Source of the DNA: Ilumatobacter sp. | GTDB taxonomy: Bacteria > Actinomycetota > Acidimicrobiia > Acidimicrobiales > Ilumatobacteraceae | DNA length: 64,000 bases | Reading direction: 5' to 3' | Assembly: GCA_051275435.1 (NCBI GenBank) | Contig: JBNMOS010000001.1 | Coordinates: 8,567 to 72,566, forward strand | Shown here: positions 46,780 to 56,387 of the stretch, in pieces | How positions within the stretch are numbered: position 1 is the first letter of the stretch | How the letters are laid out: every line of letters starts with the position of its first letter | Position numbers and translations under genes: made by a program | The notes under the pieces: model-generated | Database searches by the model: none | What the model was told of the DNA's origin: nothing | What the model saw: the letters and a program-made list of their open reading frames with translations, nothing else

Positions 46780-48116
46780 AGCGCCGTCAGGTACCGATCT
46801 CGCTCGAAGGCGCTCACATGTGTTTTGTAGGCCCGCCACTCTTGACGTTTGTTTCGCAGGAACCACTCGAAGATGTGTTCGCCGAGGGCTTCTCTGACCA
46901 GTGTCGAGTTCTCCATTGTTTGGAGTGCGGCAGCCAGCGACTCGGGGAGCTGTTCGATGCCCAGATCAGCGAGCACGTCGTCGCTGATCTCGAAGAGGTT
47001 CGCATCGGCCTCGTCGGGCAGCTCGTAGCCCTCCTCGACGCCCTTCATGCCAGCGGCCAACATCAGGCTGAAGGCGAGATAGGGATTGCATGCCGGGTCT
47101 GGTGAGCGGTACTCGAGCCGTGTGGCGGTCGGATTGCCCTTCTTCGCGATTGGCACACGGATCAGGCCGCTCCGATTGTTGCGCGCCCAGCTGACATGGA
47201 CCGGAGCTTCGAAGCCTGGGACGAGCCGCTTGTAGCTGTTGACGGTCTGGTTGGTGACCGCGGTGATCTCGGGTGCGTGGCGCAGGAGGCCGGCCATGAA
47301 GGCCTTAGCGGTCGGCGACAGGTTGTAGGGGTCGTCGCCGTCGTAGAACGCGTTCTCGTCGTCTTGGAACAGCGAGAGGTGCACGTGCATGCCCGACCCC
47401 TGGATTCCTTCGAGTGGCTTGGGCATGAACGTGGCGTGCACGTTGCTTCTGGCAGCGACCTCGCGCACGGCGTGACGGAAGGTCATCATGCTGTCGGCCA
47501 TCGTGAGGGCGTCGGTATGGCGCAGGTCGATCTCTTGCTGGCCAGGTGCATCCTCGTGGAAGCTGTACTCGACCGGGATGCCCATTGCTTCGAGCGTGCG
47601 GATGGTCTTCTTGCGCAGTTCGCCAGTGATGTCGTTGGTGGTGAGGTCGAAGAAGCCGCCGTCGTCAATCGGCACGGGTGGGGCGCCGGGTGTGAGCGGC
47701 TCGAAATAAAAGAACTCGATGTCGGGTGCGACATAGAAGGTGAGGCCGGCCTCGTTGGCGGCCTTCATGTGGCGGCGCAAGACCTGCCGCGGGTCACCGG
47801 CGAACGGCGTGCCGTCGAGGTTGTAGATGTCACAGAAGATGCGCGCTTCGGGGACCTTGGGGTCGCCCCATGGCAGGACCTCGAACGTGTCGGGGTCAGG
47901 GATGGCGAGGACGTCGGCTTCTTGTACGCGGGAGAACCCGTCGATCGACGAGCCGTCGAAGGTCATGCCGTCGCTGAGGGCATTGTCGAGTTCGGCCGGG
48001 GAGATGGCGAGGCTTTTCAAGGTGCCGAGCACATCGGTAAACCAGAGTCGAACCAAGCGCACCCCGCGTTCTTCAACCGAGCGAAGGACGTATTCCCGTT
48101 GCTGTTCACTACTCAT
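46776..48116 (-). CDS. glnA: Glutamine synthetase type I family (GlnA2-like)
   Basis: WFTDVLG, FDGSSIDG, HEDAPGQQEI, FMPKP, GSGMHVH, NSYKRLVPGFEAP, RLEYRSPD. Confidence 0.92.
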   Translation of the reverse strand: MSSEQQREYVLRSVEERGVRLVRLWFTDVLGTLKSLAISPAELDNALSDGMTFDGSSIDGFSRVQEADVLAIPDPDTFEVLPWGDPKVPEARIFCDIYNLDGTPFAGDPRQVLRRHMKAANEAGLTFYVAPDIEFFYFEPLTPGAPPVPIDDGGFFDLTTNDITGELRKKTIRTLEAMGIPVEYSFHEDAPGQQEIDLRHTDALTMADSMMTFRHAVREVAARSNVHATFMPKPLEGIQGSGMHVHLSLFQDDENAFYDGDDPYNLSPTAKAFMAGLLRHAPEITAVTNQTVNSYKRLVPGFEAPVHVSWARNNRSGLIRVPIAKKGNPTATRLEYRSPDPACNPYLAFSLMLAAGMKGVEEGYELPDEADANLFEISDDVLADLGIEQLPESLAAALQTMENSTLVREALGEHIFEWFLRNKRQEWRAYKTHVSAFERDRYLTAL

Positions 48117-48141
48117 GCAATGCAGTCTTTCAGATGGGGTG

Positions 48142-48184
48142 AAAAATGACGACGGGGTAGGGACTCAGGAGCCCCCACCCCGTC
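48142..48184 (-). terminator. Intrinsic terminator after glnII
   Basis: About 16-bp stem with G-U pairs on the minus strand, followed by GTCATTTTT. Confidence 0.7.
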
Positions 48185-48250
48185 AGCCACGTTGCTGTTC
48201 AGGTATTCAAAATAGTCATCAGAACTGAGACGAAACTGTCTCAGCGAAGT

Positions 48251-49273
48251 TCACTTCATGGCAGAGCAGATGGTCTCGGTCATGAGGCGTGCGACGGTGT
48301 AGGGGTCGATGTTGCCGTTCGGACGGCGATCCTCGAGGTAGCCCTTGCCTTCGATCGAGCACTGCCACGGGATGCGGATCGATGCGCCGCGGTCAGACAC
48401 GCCGTAGCTGAACTGGTCGTGGCGCTGCGTCTCGTGGGCGCCGGTGAGGCGATCCTCGACGCCAGCGCCGTAGTTGGCGATGTGCAGCGCAGCCTTTTTT
48501 CCGAGGGCCTTGCAGCCAGCTTCGATGTACTCCATGCCGCCGTCTTCGCGCATCTCCTTGGTGGAGAAGTTTGTGTGGGCGCCAGCGCCGTTCCAGTCGC
48601 CCTTGACTGGCTTGGCATCGATGTTGATGATCACGCCGTACTCCTCCGCGATGCGGTGCAGCAGGTAGCGGCCGATCCAGAGTTCGTCGGACACTTCGAG
48701 CAGGCCGACTGGGCCGACCTGGAATTCCCATTGGCCGGGCATCACTTCGGCGTTGATGCCGGAGAGCGTGACGCCGGCGGCGAGGCAGGCATCCATGTGG
48801 TCTTCAGCGATATCGCGGCCGGTGATGGCGATTTCGCCGACGCCGCAGTAGTACGGGCCCTGTGGTGCAGGGAAGCCATTGTCGGGGAAGCCGAGCGGCG
48901 AACCGTCGAGCTTGAGCATTGTGTACTCCTGCTCGATGCCGAACATGGGCTCGTGCTTCTTGTACTTCCTTGCGGTCCGTGCCGCTGCAGCACGGGTGTT
49001 GGTCGGGTGGGCCTTGCCATCGACGAGCATTACTTCGCACATGACGAGAATGCTGTTGCCGCCGCGGACCGGGTCGGGGAAGACACGGGCCGGCTTCAGA
49101 ACGCAATCGCTCTTGTCGCCGGTGGCCTGGTTGGTGGATGACCCGTCGAAGCCCCACAGGGGCATGTCGTCAAGCTCGATGCCGTTGTCGTCGTCCAGAA
49201 TCTTCGTCTTCGAACGAAGCTGGGGGGTCGGCTCGGCGCCGTCGATCCAGATGTACTCAGCCTTGATAGCCAC
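48251..49273 (-). CDS. glnII: Glutamine synthetase type II
   Basis: AEYIWIDG, LRSKT, WGFDGSST, QGPYYCG, INAEVMPGQWEFQ, DWNGAGAHTNFS, YLEDRRP. Confidence 0.95.
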   Translation of the reverse strand: MAIKAEYIWIDGAEPTPQLRSKTKILDDDNGIELDDMPLWGFDGSSTNQATGDKSDCVLKPARVFPDPVRGGNSILVMCEVMLVDGKAHPTNTRAAAARTARKYKKHEPMFGIEQEYTMLKLDGSPLGFPDNGFPAPQGPYYCGVGEIAITGRDIAEDHMDACLAAGVTLSGINAEVMPGQWEFQVGPVGLLEVSDELWIGRYLLHRIAEEYGVIINIDAKPVKGDWNGAGAHTNFSTKEMREDGGMEYIEAGCKALGKKAALHIANYGAGVEDRLTGAHETQRHDQFSYGVSDRGASIRIPWQCSIEGKGYLEDRRPNGNIDPYTVARLMTETICSAMK

Positions 49274-49340
49274 TATTGGTCCTCGAATCTCTCGTTGGTG
49301 GGGCGGGACAAGGTTAGGTCGCGACCCGTGAACGACGGGA

Positions 49341-49394
49341 ATTGTGGCAGCAATGACCAGTTTTGTTATTGCGCCTCTGTGAACGGCGCGTTAA
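49341..49394 (-). promoter_or_regulatory. Putative GlnR boxes and -10 of glnII
   Basis: Minus strand TTAAC-n6-TTCAC-n6-GCAAT (AC-n9-AC periodicity) upstream of CACAAT. Confidence 0.5.
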
Positions 49395-49521
49395 TTGGGC
49401 TGCGCATTCGTGAGTCCGGTGCGCCAGGTTTGATGATCTGGCACGCTGCAACCGTTGACCGTCCGGCTCGCAACCTGAGCGGCACCTCGGCCCGATGGCG
49501 GGCGGGGCAGCACGACGGGCA

Positions 49522-52095
49522 CTAAGGAACGATGATCGTGCGTTCGGTGAGGTTGGGATCGGCAGCAATTTGTTCGGCGGTGAATGCGACATCACGCCAG
49601 TTCTTCTCGCTGAACCGATTTGTCTGTTGCTCGAACAGCGGCGATGTGCGATCGCCGGTCTGGCCGTAACTCGTGATCGCCCAGGCCTGCAGGCTGTCAC
49701 CCGAGTAGTCGACGGCGAGCATGAAGCTCGATCCGAAGTTGACGGGGGCACCTTCGCCGCGGAGTGCGCTTCCGGGGGCAACGGCATCGCCGCGCGCCAG
49801 CGATGGCTCGGAGCTCGAGTTGTTGCTACTCCACTTCACAATGTTGGTGACGCCGTCGGCGTCGGTGCCGCCGTGCAGCGGGATGCGGATGCCGGAGCGC
49901 TCGGTGAACTGTGCTGCACCGAGCGATGCGTCGACCGCGAACCCGGCCTTGGACAATGTTTGGACAGCCCGAGCGATGGCTTGGAGGACCGGGTCCCCGT
50001 TGCCGGCTGCAGCGGGAACGGCCGGCACTCCTGGTGTGAGGGTGGGCAGTTCCGCATCGAACTCGTCGCTGAACAGCACACCGGTTGAGGTGCGGTCGGC
50101 AGTGGTGAAGCGGGTCATGACCTCGCGCCACAGGAGCGGGCCGGAGCTTGCGAGGTCGTAGCGGCCGTCCCAGTTCGACAGCACCTCGCAGGCGGCCGAG
50201 ATGTCGACGATCTCGGCAGGCAGTGCAACGGTCTCATCGTCAGCGAGAACTTCGGCGACTTCGATCAGCGGATCGGCGAAGCACCTGTCGACGGCGTTGG
50301 AGCGCAACAGGAGGGCGGTGTGGGCCTGATTGTCGAAGACTGCGTCGCGGAGTTCGAGGCCGGAAAAGTTTCCGTCGTCGCCGGAAAGGCCAAGCCGGTT
50401 GTCCGACGAGAGCACGGCGGCGTTCTGCCGGGTGCGCATCGACAGCGGAGTGCCCTGCTCGCCGTGGAGAATCGAGAAGTCGCCGGTGGTGATGAATTCG
50501 TCGCTCGACACCCAGAAGCTGTCGTTAGCGTTAAAGACGTAGTCGATCCGTTCGACCATCGGCATCTCGCTGAACGGCACAAGTCCGTCGTCGCGAGCGC
50601 CGGGAACGGTTTCCCAGGCGAGCCGGCTGTCGGATCCGTCAAGAAGGATGACGCCGTTGTCGTACCCGATTTGAGTGATCGGATCGGTGAACAGCTCGGC
50701 GAGGTACAGCTGCTCGCCTTCGGCGGAGAGGTTTGGCGTGGCAGCGGTGTCGGCATACCAGACTCGCCCGTCGGCACCCGTGGCGACCGTGTTGAACAAC
50801 GGGACGCCCTGGTGTTCTTTGTAGACGGCTTGCAGTTCGTCGAGGCTCTGTACGCCGATCATGTCGTGGTATTGCTCAATGAACTCGTCGTTATTGATGT
50901 TCGCGTCGCGGAACGTGAGAACCGCCGAGTCAGTCCAGCCGAGACCCGGGAAGTCGATGATCGGGCCGTACTCGCTGCGCCACAGCGTGCGGGTCTCTTT
51001 GTCGACCGAGCCGTCGGCACGCAAGATCGAGATGGTGAAGTCGGTCGATGTCATCGGGCGGGACTCGCCGTCGACGAGGTACGCCGTGTTTGACTCGGGG
51101 TCGAGTGTCAGCAGATAGGCCGTCAGCCGCTTGCCAGCTGAAACGGTGTGAGTCCAGGCGACTCCTTCGGTGAATCCGATCCCGATGCCGGGCAGACCGA
51201 GGAGTTGTGAGCCGTAGATGTCGACCTTGCCAGGAACGGTGAGGTGGGTTTCAGCGAACCGCAGTTCGCCTTCCCAGGGGAAGTGCGGGTTGGCGACGAG
51301 CAGCCCGCCGGTGCCTGACGCTGTGCGTTCTTTGCCGACGGCCCATCCGTTACTGCCGAGGTCGATCGGCTCGAGCACCGAGAAGTCTGGGGCTGGATCG
51401 TCGACATTGCCGGTGAGTTTGGCCGGGGCGAATCCGAGCACTTCTGCGACGACGGGAGGTTGCGCTGACGGGATGAATTCGGCCAACCGGCCACTGCTGG
51501 CGAGCAGGGCGATCGACCGTGCGTACACGTAGACCTCGACCGGCTGGACCGGCCGAACCCAGGCGGCGCCGTTGCACCAGCCGGTGAGCCCGTCATCGCC
51601 TTGGTCAGCGAGGTAGGCATTCCAACCTTCGGCGAATGCCCCGAACTGCGTGACGACATCGCTCGAAGCGTCGTCGAAGTCAGCCGTAGCGATGTTGGCG
51701 ATGTCGATCGCGCGCCAGGCAAAGTCGCTCTCGGTATTGCGCCCGTCGTCGCCAGGGCCGAGATTCTCCGACCGGACGCCGTATACCTTCAGGATCTGAT
51801 CGACGAGCGTGCAGCCGTGGTCTTCGGCGCTGACGAAGCCCTGGCCGTAGGCCACGCTCTCAAGATCGCTGCCGATGATGTGCGGCACACCGTCGGTCGT
51901 GCGGCGAATGGTGACCTCGAGTCGAGGGGGAACCAGCGTGGTGGTGGTCGTCGTCGTGGTCGTTGTGGAGGTGGTGCTGGTGCTCGTGGTCGTTGTATCG
52001 CCCGATGTCGGCAGCGGGATCGACTGGGGGCCCTCGCCAGGGGTGCACGCGGCCGTAAACATCACTCCGACGATCGCTAAGGCCTTCCAACGCAC
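49522..52095 (-). CDS. Ntn-hydrolase acylase lipoprotein (penicillin/AHL acylase, S45)
   Basis: TAAC lipobox, Thr-rich linker, IRRTTDGVPHI, nucleophile GSNGW, ANPHFPW; start GTG 52095 inferred. Confidence 0.9.
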   Translation of the reverse strand: MRWKALAIVGVMFTAACTPGEGPQSIPLPTSGDTTTTSTSTTSTTTTTTTTTTLVPPRLEVTIRRTTDGVPHIIGSDLESVAYGQGFVSAEDHGCTLVDQILKVYGVRSENLGPGDDGRNTESDFAWRAIDIANIATADFDDASSDVVTQFGAFAEGWNAYLADQGDDGLTGWCNGAAWVRPVQPVEVYVYARSIALLASSGRLAEFIPSAQPPVVAEVLGFAPAKLTGNVDDPAPDFSVLEPIDLGSNGWAVGKERTASGTGGLLVANPHFPWEGELRFAETHLTVPGKVDIYGSQLLGLPGIGIGFTEGVAWTHTVSAGKRLTAYLLTLDPESNTAYLVDGESRPMTSTDFTISILRADGSVDKETRTLWRSEYGPIIDFPGLGWTDSAVLTFRDANINNDEFIEQYHDMIGVQSLDELQAVYKEHQGVPLFNTVATGADGRVWYADTAATPNLSAEGEQLYLAELFTDPITQIGYDNGVILLDGSDSRLAWETVPGARDDGLVPFSEMPMVERIDYVFNANDSFWVSSDEFITTGDFSILHGEQGTPLSMRTRQNAAVLSSDNRLGLSGDDGNFSGLELRDAVFDNQAHTALLLRSNAVDRCFADPLIEVAEVLADDETVALPAEIVDISAACEVLSNWDGRYDLASSGPLLWREVMTRFTTADRTSTGVLFSDEFDAELPTLTPGVPAVPAAAGNGDPVLQAIARAVQTLSKAGFAVDASLGAAQFTERSGIRIPLHGGTDADGVTNIVKWSSNNSSSEPSLARGDAVAPGSALRGEGAPVNFGSSFMLAVDYSGDSLQAWAITSYGQTGDRTSPLFEQQTNRFSEKNWRDVAFTAEQIAADPNLTERTIIVP

Positions 52096-52199
52096 TCGTC
52101 CAATAGTGCCAGAAGACCAGTCCGGATCGTCACTGAAGACCCCTGTTTGCTGGAATTTCTTCACTGAGGCCGGCATCTCAGGCGACTATCCTCGTGGGC

Positions 52200-53927
52200 G
52201 TGACGGTTCTGCGTGTCGCTCTCGCCCAACTCAACCCAACGGTCGGTGATCTCGACGGCAATCTCGCGAAGTTGATTGAGGCCTATGGCCAAGCCGAGCG
52301 GGCCGGATGCGACATCGTCGCGTTCCCCGAACTGTCGGTCACCGGGTATCCGCCCGAAGATCTTGTGATGAAACCGGGGTTCGTCGCTGACAACCGCGTG
52401 GCGCTCGATGCATTTGCTGCAGCGACGGGCGAGTGTGTCGCCGTCGTCGGATTCGTTGACCAGGATCGAGACCTCTACAACGCCGCGGCGGTGTGTGTCG
52501 GCGGCGAGGTTGTCGGGATCTATCACAAGCGTTTGCTCCCCAACACCACAGTGTTCGACGAACAGCGCTACTTCACGGCCGGTTACGACTCCGACCCGCT
52601 CGAGTTGTTCGTGATCGGTGGCGTGAAGGTTGGCGTGTCGATCTGCGAAGACATCTGGAGCCCGTTCGGTCCGCTCGCCGAACAAGCAGCAGCAGGTGCC
52701 GAGGTCAACATCAACATCAACGGTTCGCCGTTCCGCGCCGAGAAAGACTTGGTGCGTGAGCAGCTCGTGTCGACGCGGGCCGCCGACTCGCACTGCGCCG
52801 TCGTCTACGTCAATCAGGTCGGTGGGCAAGACGAGTTGGTCTTCGACGGCGGTTCGTTCGCTGTCGACCACAAGGGGACGCTGCTTGCCAGGTCGCCGCA
52901 GTTCGTCGAAGACCTCACGATCGTCGACGTCCCGGTGCCGCCGGTGTACCGCAAACGTCTGCTCGACCCGCGAGGGCGTGTCACGAACGCGTTCTTGCCG
53001 ACCGTCGAGATCTCCAGTGTGCCGCGTCGGGCCGCTGCGCCGACCGAGCCGCTGCTCGCGCCGATCGCCGAGCCGTTGAGCACCGACAAAGAGCTGTACG
53101 ACGCGCTAGTGCTCGGCACACGCGACTACTGCCAGAAGAACGGCTTCAGCGACGTGGTGATTGGCCTCTCGGGTGGCATCGACTCCACGATCGTTGCCTG
53201 CATCGCTGCCGATGCTCTCGGCGCGGAGCACGTCCACGGTGTGTCGATGCCCTCGCGCTATTCAAGCGACCACTCGAAGTCCGATGCTGCGAAGCTTGCT
53301 GCGAACCTCGGGATCGACTATCGGACCATCTCGATCGAGCCGGCTTTCGCCGCCTATCAGGAGATGCTCAGCGACGCCTTCGAGGGTCGTGAGGTCGGGC
53401 TGACCTACGAGAACATCCAGAGTCGGTGTCGCGGCCAGTTACTCATGGCGTTGTCGAACGAATTTGGTTGGATGGTGCTGACCACTGGCAACAAGAGCGA
53501 GATGGCGGTCGGCTACTTCACGATCTACGGCGACTCGGTTGGCGGTTACGCCATGATCAAGGACGTTCTCAAACTGCGTGTGTACGAGCTGTGCCGCTAT
53601 GTCAACGAAGCGGCCGGGCGCGAAGTGATCCCGGTCGACGTGATCACCAAGCCGCCGTCCGCCGAGCTCCGGCCTGACCAGCGTGACGACGATTCGCTGC
53701 CGCCGTACGAGGTGCTCGACCCAATCCTCGAGCTGTACGTCGAGCAGGACCGCACAGCCGGCGAGATCATCGAACTCGGCCATGACGAAGCCATGGTGCG
53801 ACGCATCACCCGGCTGGTCGACATCGCCGAGTACAAGCGCCGTCAGTGCCCGCCCGGCGTCATTGTGAGCGCCAAGGCCTTCGGCCGCGACCGACGCCTC
53901 CCCATCACCCACTCGTACCGCGGCTAG
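52200..53927 (+). CDS. nadE: Glutamine-dependent NAD+ synthetase
   Basis: FPELSVTGY, ICED, GLSGGIDS, ENIQSR, TGNKSE, PSAEL, EYKRRQ. Confidence 0.96.
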   Translation: MTVLRVALAQLNPTVGDLDGNLAKLIEAYGQAERAGCDIVAFPELSVTGYPPEDLVMKPGFVADNRVALDAFAAATGECVAVVGFVDQDRDLYNAAAVCVGGEVVGIYHKRLLPNTTVFDEQRYFTAGYDSDPLELFVIGGVKVGVSICEDIWSPFGPLAEQAAAGAEVNININGSPFRAEKDLVREQLVSTRAADSHCAVVYVNQVGGQDELVFDGGSFAVDHKGTLLARSPQFVEDLTIVDVPVPPVYRKRLLDPRGRVTNAFLPTVEISSVPRRAAAPTEPLLAPIAEPLSTDKELYDALVLGTRDYCQKNGFSDVVIGLSGGIDSTIVACIAADALGAEHVHGVSMPSRYSSDHSKSDAAKLAANLGIDYRTISIEPAFAAYQEMLSDAFEGREVGLTYENIQSRCRGQLLMALSNEFGWMVLTTGNKSEMAVGYFTIYGDSVGGYAMIKDVLKLRVYELCRYVNEAAGREVIPVDVITKPPSAELRPDQRDDDSLPPYEVLDPILELYVEQDRTAGEIIELGHDEAMVRRITRLVDIAEYKRRQCPPGVIVSAKAFGRDRRLPITHSYRG

Positions 53928-53965
53928 CCGGTCGGCACCGTTCCGCGCACGGTGCGACCGGGTAG

Positions 53966-54451
53966 CTATTCGAGATGCATTGATTGGTGGATGGAGTCGC
54001 CAGTTTCACCGATGGCATGTTTGAGTTGGGCTTCGCCGAGCACGGTGAACGTGGCTCGGGCTTCGGCGCGAATACGACCTTTCAGGTCGACCACGCGGCC
54101 GATGGTCACGATGTCAGTCTCGGTCTGCTCGATGATCTCCGCCTCCACGAGGTGGGGCTTGTCGACGTACACCGCGCGATCGAACCGGGTCGATGTTTCG
54201 CTGGTAACCGCCCAGCGTCGACCGATTGCGATGCACGCCCACGCCATCGCCTCGTCGAGCACCGCAAGGATCACTCCACCATGCAGCATCGTCGGCGCAC
54301 CGCTGAACGCATCGGGCAGTGCGAACTCGGCTGAGACAAGGTTGCGACCGGTGTCGTGAAAGAACGGGATCTGGAGCCCCCGGTCGTTCGACTGCTCGCA
54401 AACGAAACAGTTTGTCTCGTAGCCGAGGTCGTCGTTGTGCAGAGGAAGCAT
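53966..54451 (-). CDS. PaaI-family thioesterase
   Basis: CFVC..N..GL, HGGVILAVLDEAM. Confidence 0.85.
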   Translation of the reverse strand: MLPLHNDDLGYETNCFVCEQSNDRGLQIPFFHDTGRNLVSAEFALPDAFSGAPTMLHGGVILAVLDEAMAWACIAIGRRWAVTSETSTRFDRAVYVDKPHLVEAEIIEQTETDIVTIGRVVDLKGRIRAEARATFTVLGEAQLKHAIGETGDSIHQSMHLE

Positions 54452-54530
54452 CGCCACCACCGAGACAGTAGGTGCAATGTGTGAACGATCCGATCCGGCC
54501 GGTGGCCGAGTGATCGGCGATGCTGGTCCG

Positions 54531-55268
54531 GTGATCACGTATGACAACGACCTGCGCTCCCGGATCGAACAGAATCTTGCGGCGCACGAGCGTCTCGAAC
54601 TTCCGCTCGAGGGTCGGCGTCACGCCGCCGTGGCCATTCTCATTGTCGACTCCGAGCACGGTTCGGACCGTGTCGATGCGCACCCGTCGACTGACGCTGG
54701 GATGTCGAAGATCCCCGCTGCTGATGACATCGCACATCTGCTTGATGGCCGGATGGAAGGTGTGGCTGGCGGCGCGGCGTTCGTCCTGTGCCGCCGAGCG
54801 GTTCGGCTGAACACCCATTCGGCGCAGTGGGCGCTCCCGGGTGGCCGGATCGACGCTGGCGAAACCGTCGTCGAAGCGGCACTGCGCGAGACCGATGAGG
54901 AAGTTGGTGTGCGACTGCCCGAGTCAGCGGTGCTGGGGCTGCTCGACGACTACGCGACTCGATCGGGATATGTGATGACACCGGTGGTCGTGTGGGGCGG
55001 AGCCGATCTGGTGCTCGTACCGAGCCCCGATGAGGTGCTCGCGGCCTACCGCATCGGATTACACGAGCTGTGTCGGGACGATTCGCCGCGCTTCGTCGAG
55101 ATCCCCGAGAGCGACCGGCCCGTCGTGCAGGTTCCGCTGAGCGGTGACCTGATTCATGCGCCCACCGGCGCCGTCATCCTGCAATTCCGCTGGGTCGGGC
55201 TCGAGGCGAGAACTGGTCCGGCGAGCAGAGTCAGCGAGTTCGAACAACCCGTTTTCGCCTGGGGTTGA
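54531..55268 (+). CDS. CoA pyrophosphatase-type NUDIX hydrolase
   Basis: HAAV, HSAQWALPGGRID, AALRETDEEVG. Confidence 0.85.
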   Translation: MITYDNDLRSRIEQNLAAHERLELPLEGRRHAAVAILIVDSEHGSDRVDAHPSTDAGMSKIPAADDIAHLLDGRMEGVAGGAAFVLCRRAVRLNTHSAQWALPGGRIDAGETVVEAALRETDEEVGVRLPESAVLGLLDDYATRSGYVMTPVVVWGGADLVLVPSPDEVLAAYRIGLHELCRDDSPRFVEIPESDRPVVQVPLSGDLIHAPTGAVILQFRWVGLEARTGPASRVSEFEQPVFAWG

Positions 55269-55327
55269 GTCGTAGCCGGGCGGAGAGGCCGACTTGAGGC
55301 CGGAAAGATCTCCACAGACTCCCGGGG

Positions 55328-55768
55328 TCAGGCGCCGGAGTGGCCGAAGCCGCCGCCGCGGTCTTGGCCGTCTAAGTCGTCGGTGACTTGCCACTCGACG
55401 TGCTCAACCTTTTGGATCACCAGTTGAGCGACGCGGTCACCCTTGGTCAGTGAGTAGTCGGTGGTTGGGTCGGTGTTCAGCAGGATGACCTTGATCTCGC
55501 CGCGGTAAGCGGCATCGATGAGGCCCGGGGCGTTGACGACGCTGATGCCGTGCTTCAGGGCCATGCCGCTCCGGGGGAGAACAAAGCCGCCGTAGCCCAT
55601 CGGTATCGCGATCGAGATGCCAGTGGCGACGAGCGCTCGGCCACCACCTGCGGCAATCGTCGCGTCCTCAGCGGCGTACAGGTCGAGGCCTGCGTCGCCC
55701 TCGTGGGCGTACTTCGGCAGCGGCAGGTCGGGGTCGAGTTGAACGATCGGAATCGGCAGCGAGCTCAC
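55328..55768 (-). CDS. dut: dUTP diphosphatase
   Basis: DAGLDL, PRSG, GLIDAAYRGE, GDRVAQL, RGGGFGHSG. Confidence 0.95.
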   Translation of the reverse strand: MSSLPIPIVQLDPDLPLPKYAHEGDAGLDLYAAEDATIAAGGGRALVATGISIAIPMGYGGFVLPRSGMALKHGISVVNAPGLIDAAYRGEIKVILLNTDPTTDYSLTKGDRVAQLVIQKVEHVEWQVTDDLDGQDRGGGFGHSGA

Positions 55769-56283
55769 GGCACAGCAGCGTAGAGCAGCCGCATGCAGAC
55801 TTCTCCGCAACAGGCGTCAGGGACCTCGGCCGGGAGGTCGTCTGGCGCAACGAGTTCGTAGCCGCGGCTCCGATACAGAGCCTGAGCCCGGTCGTTCGAG
55901 TGGTGCACCCAGAGCGTCGCGGTAGTCGCACCAGATTCGACTGTCCATGCTTCAGCTCCGTCGAGGAGCTGTGCTGCGATGCCCTGGCGTCGGCGTTCGG
56001 GCGCCACCCACATGCCCCAGATCGTTGCGTCTGTGGGAGCGTCCAGGCCGACGCCGACGATGCCAACGGGCGCAGTGGCATCGTCGGTGAAGACCGCGAA
56101 GACAGCGCCAGGATGTCCGGCGAAGCTTGTCAGACGTGCTCGCCACTCGGCGTCGCTGAACGCCAGTTCTCGTTCGTAGGTGGAATCGAATGTTGCCGGG
56201 TCGGTCTGCAGCGCGCGCAGCCGGATCGCGCTGAACTGTGCGACGTGCGTGGCGTTGGTGGGGTCGAGTTGCAGCACGTCCAT
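55765..56283 (-). CDS. GNAT acetyltransferase
   Basis: MWVAPERRRQGIA, N.RAQALYRSRGY. Confidence 0.88.
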   Translation of the reverse strand: MDVLQLDPTNATHVAQFSAIRLRALQTDPATFDSTYERELAFSDAEWRARLTSFAGHPGAVFAVFTDDATAPVGIVGVGLDAPTDATIWGMWVAPERRRQGIAAQLLDGAEAWTVESGATTATLWVHHSNDRAQALYRSRGYELVAPDDLPAEVPDACCGEVCMRLLYAAVP

Positions 56284-56387
56284 GTTCAGACGTTAGGTCG
56301 AGCGCAGGTCCCCGACAGCGAACGTTTCGCGGTGCCTCGTAGGCTGCCTAGCGTGGCAACTCGACCGTTCTTTCTGGGAGGCGGCAC

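Noticed and set aside
51935-51995. GTG/GTC-rich low-complexity repeat
   Set aside because: It encodes the Thr-rich linker of the acylase lipoprotein
9017-56283. UGA-recoded selenoproteins within the window
   Set aside because: The redox and Fe-S proteins (TlpA, ErpA, Mrp, CcdA) all have Cys at the expected sites, and I saw no in-frame TGA splitting a domain
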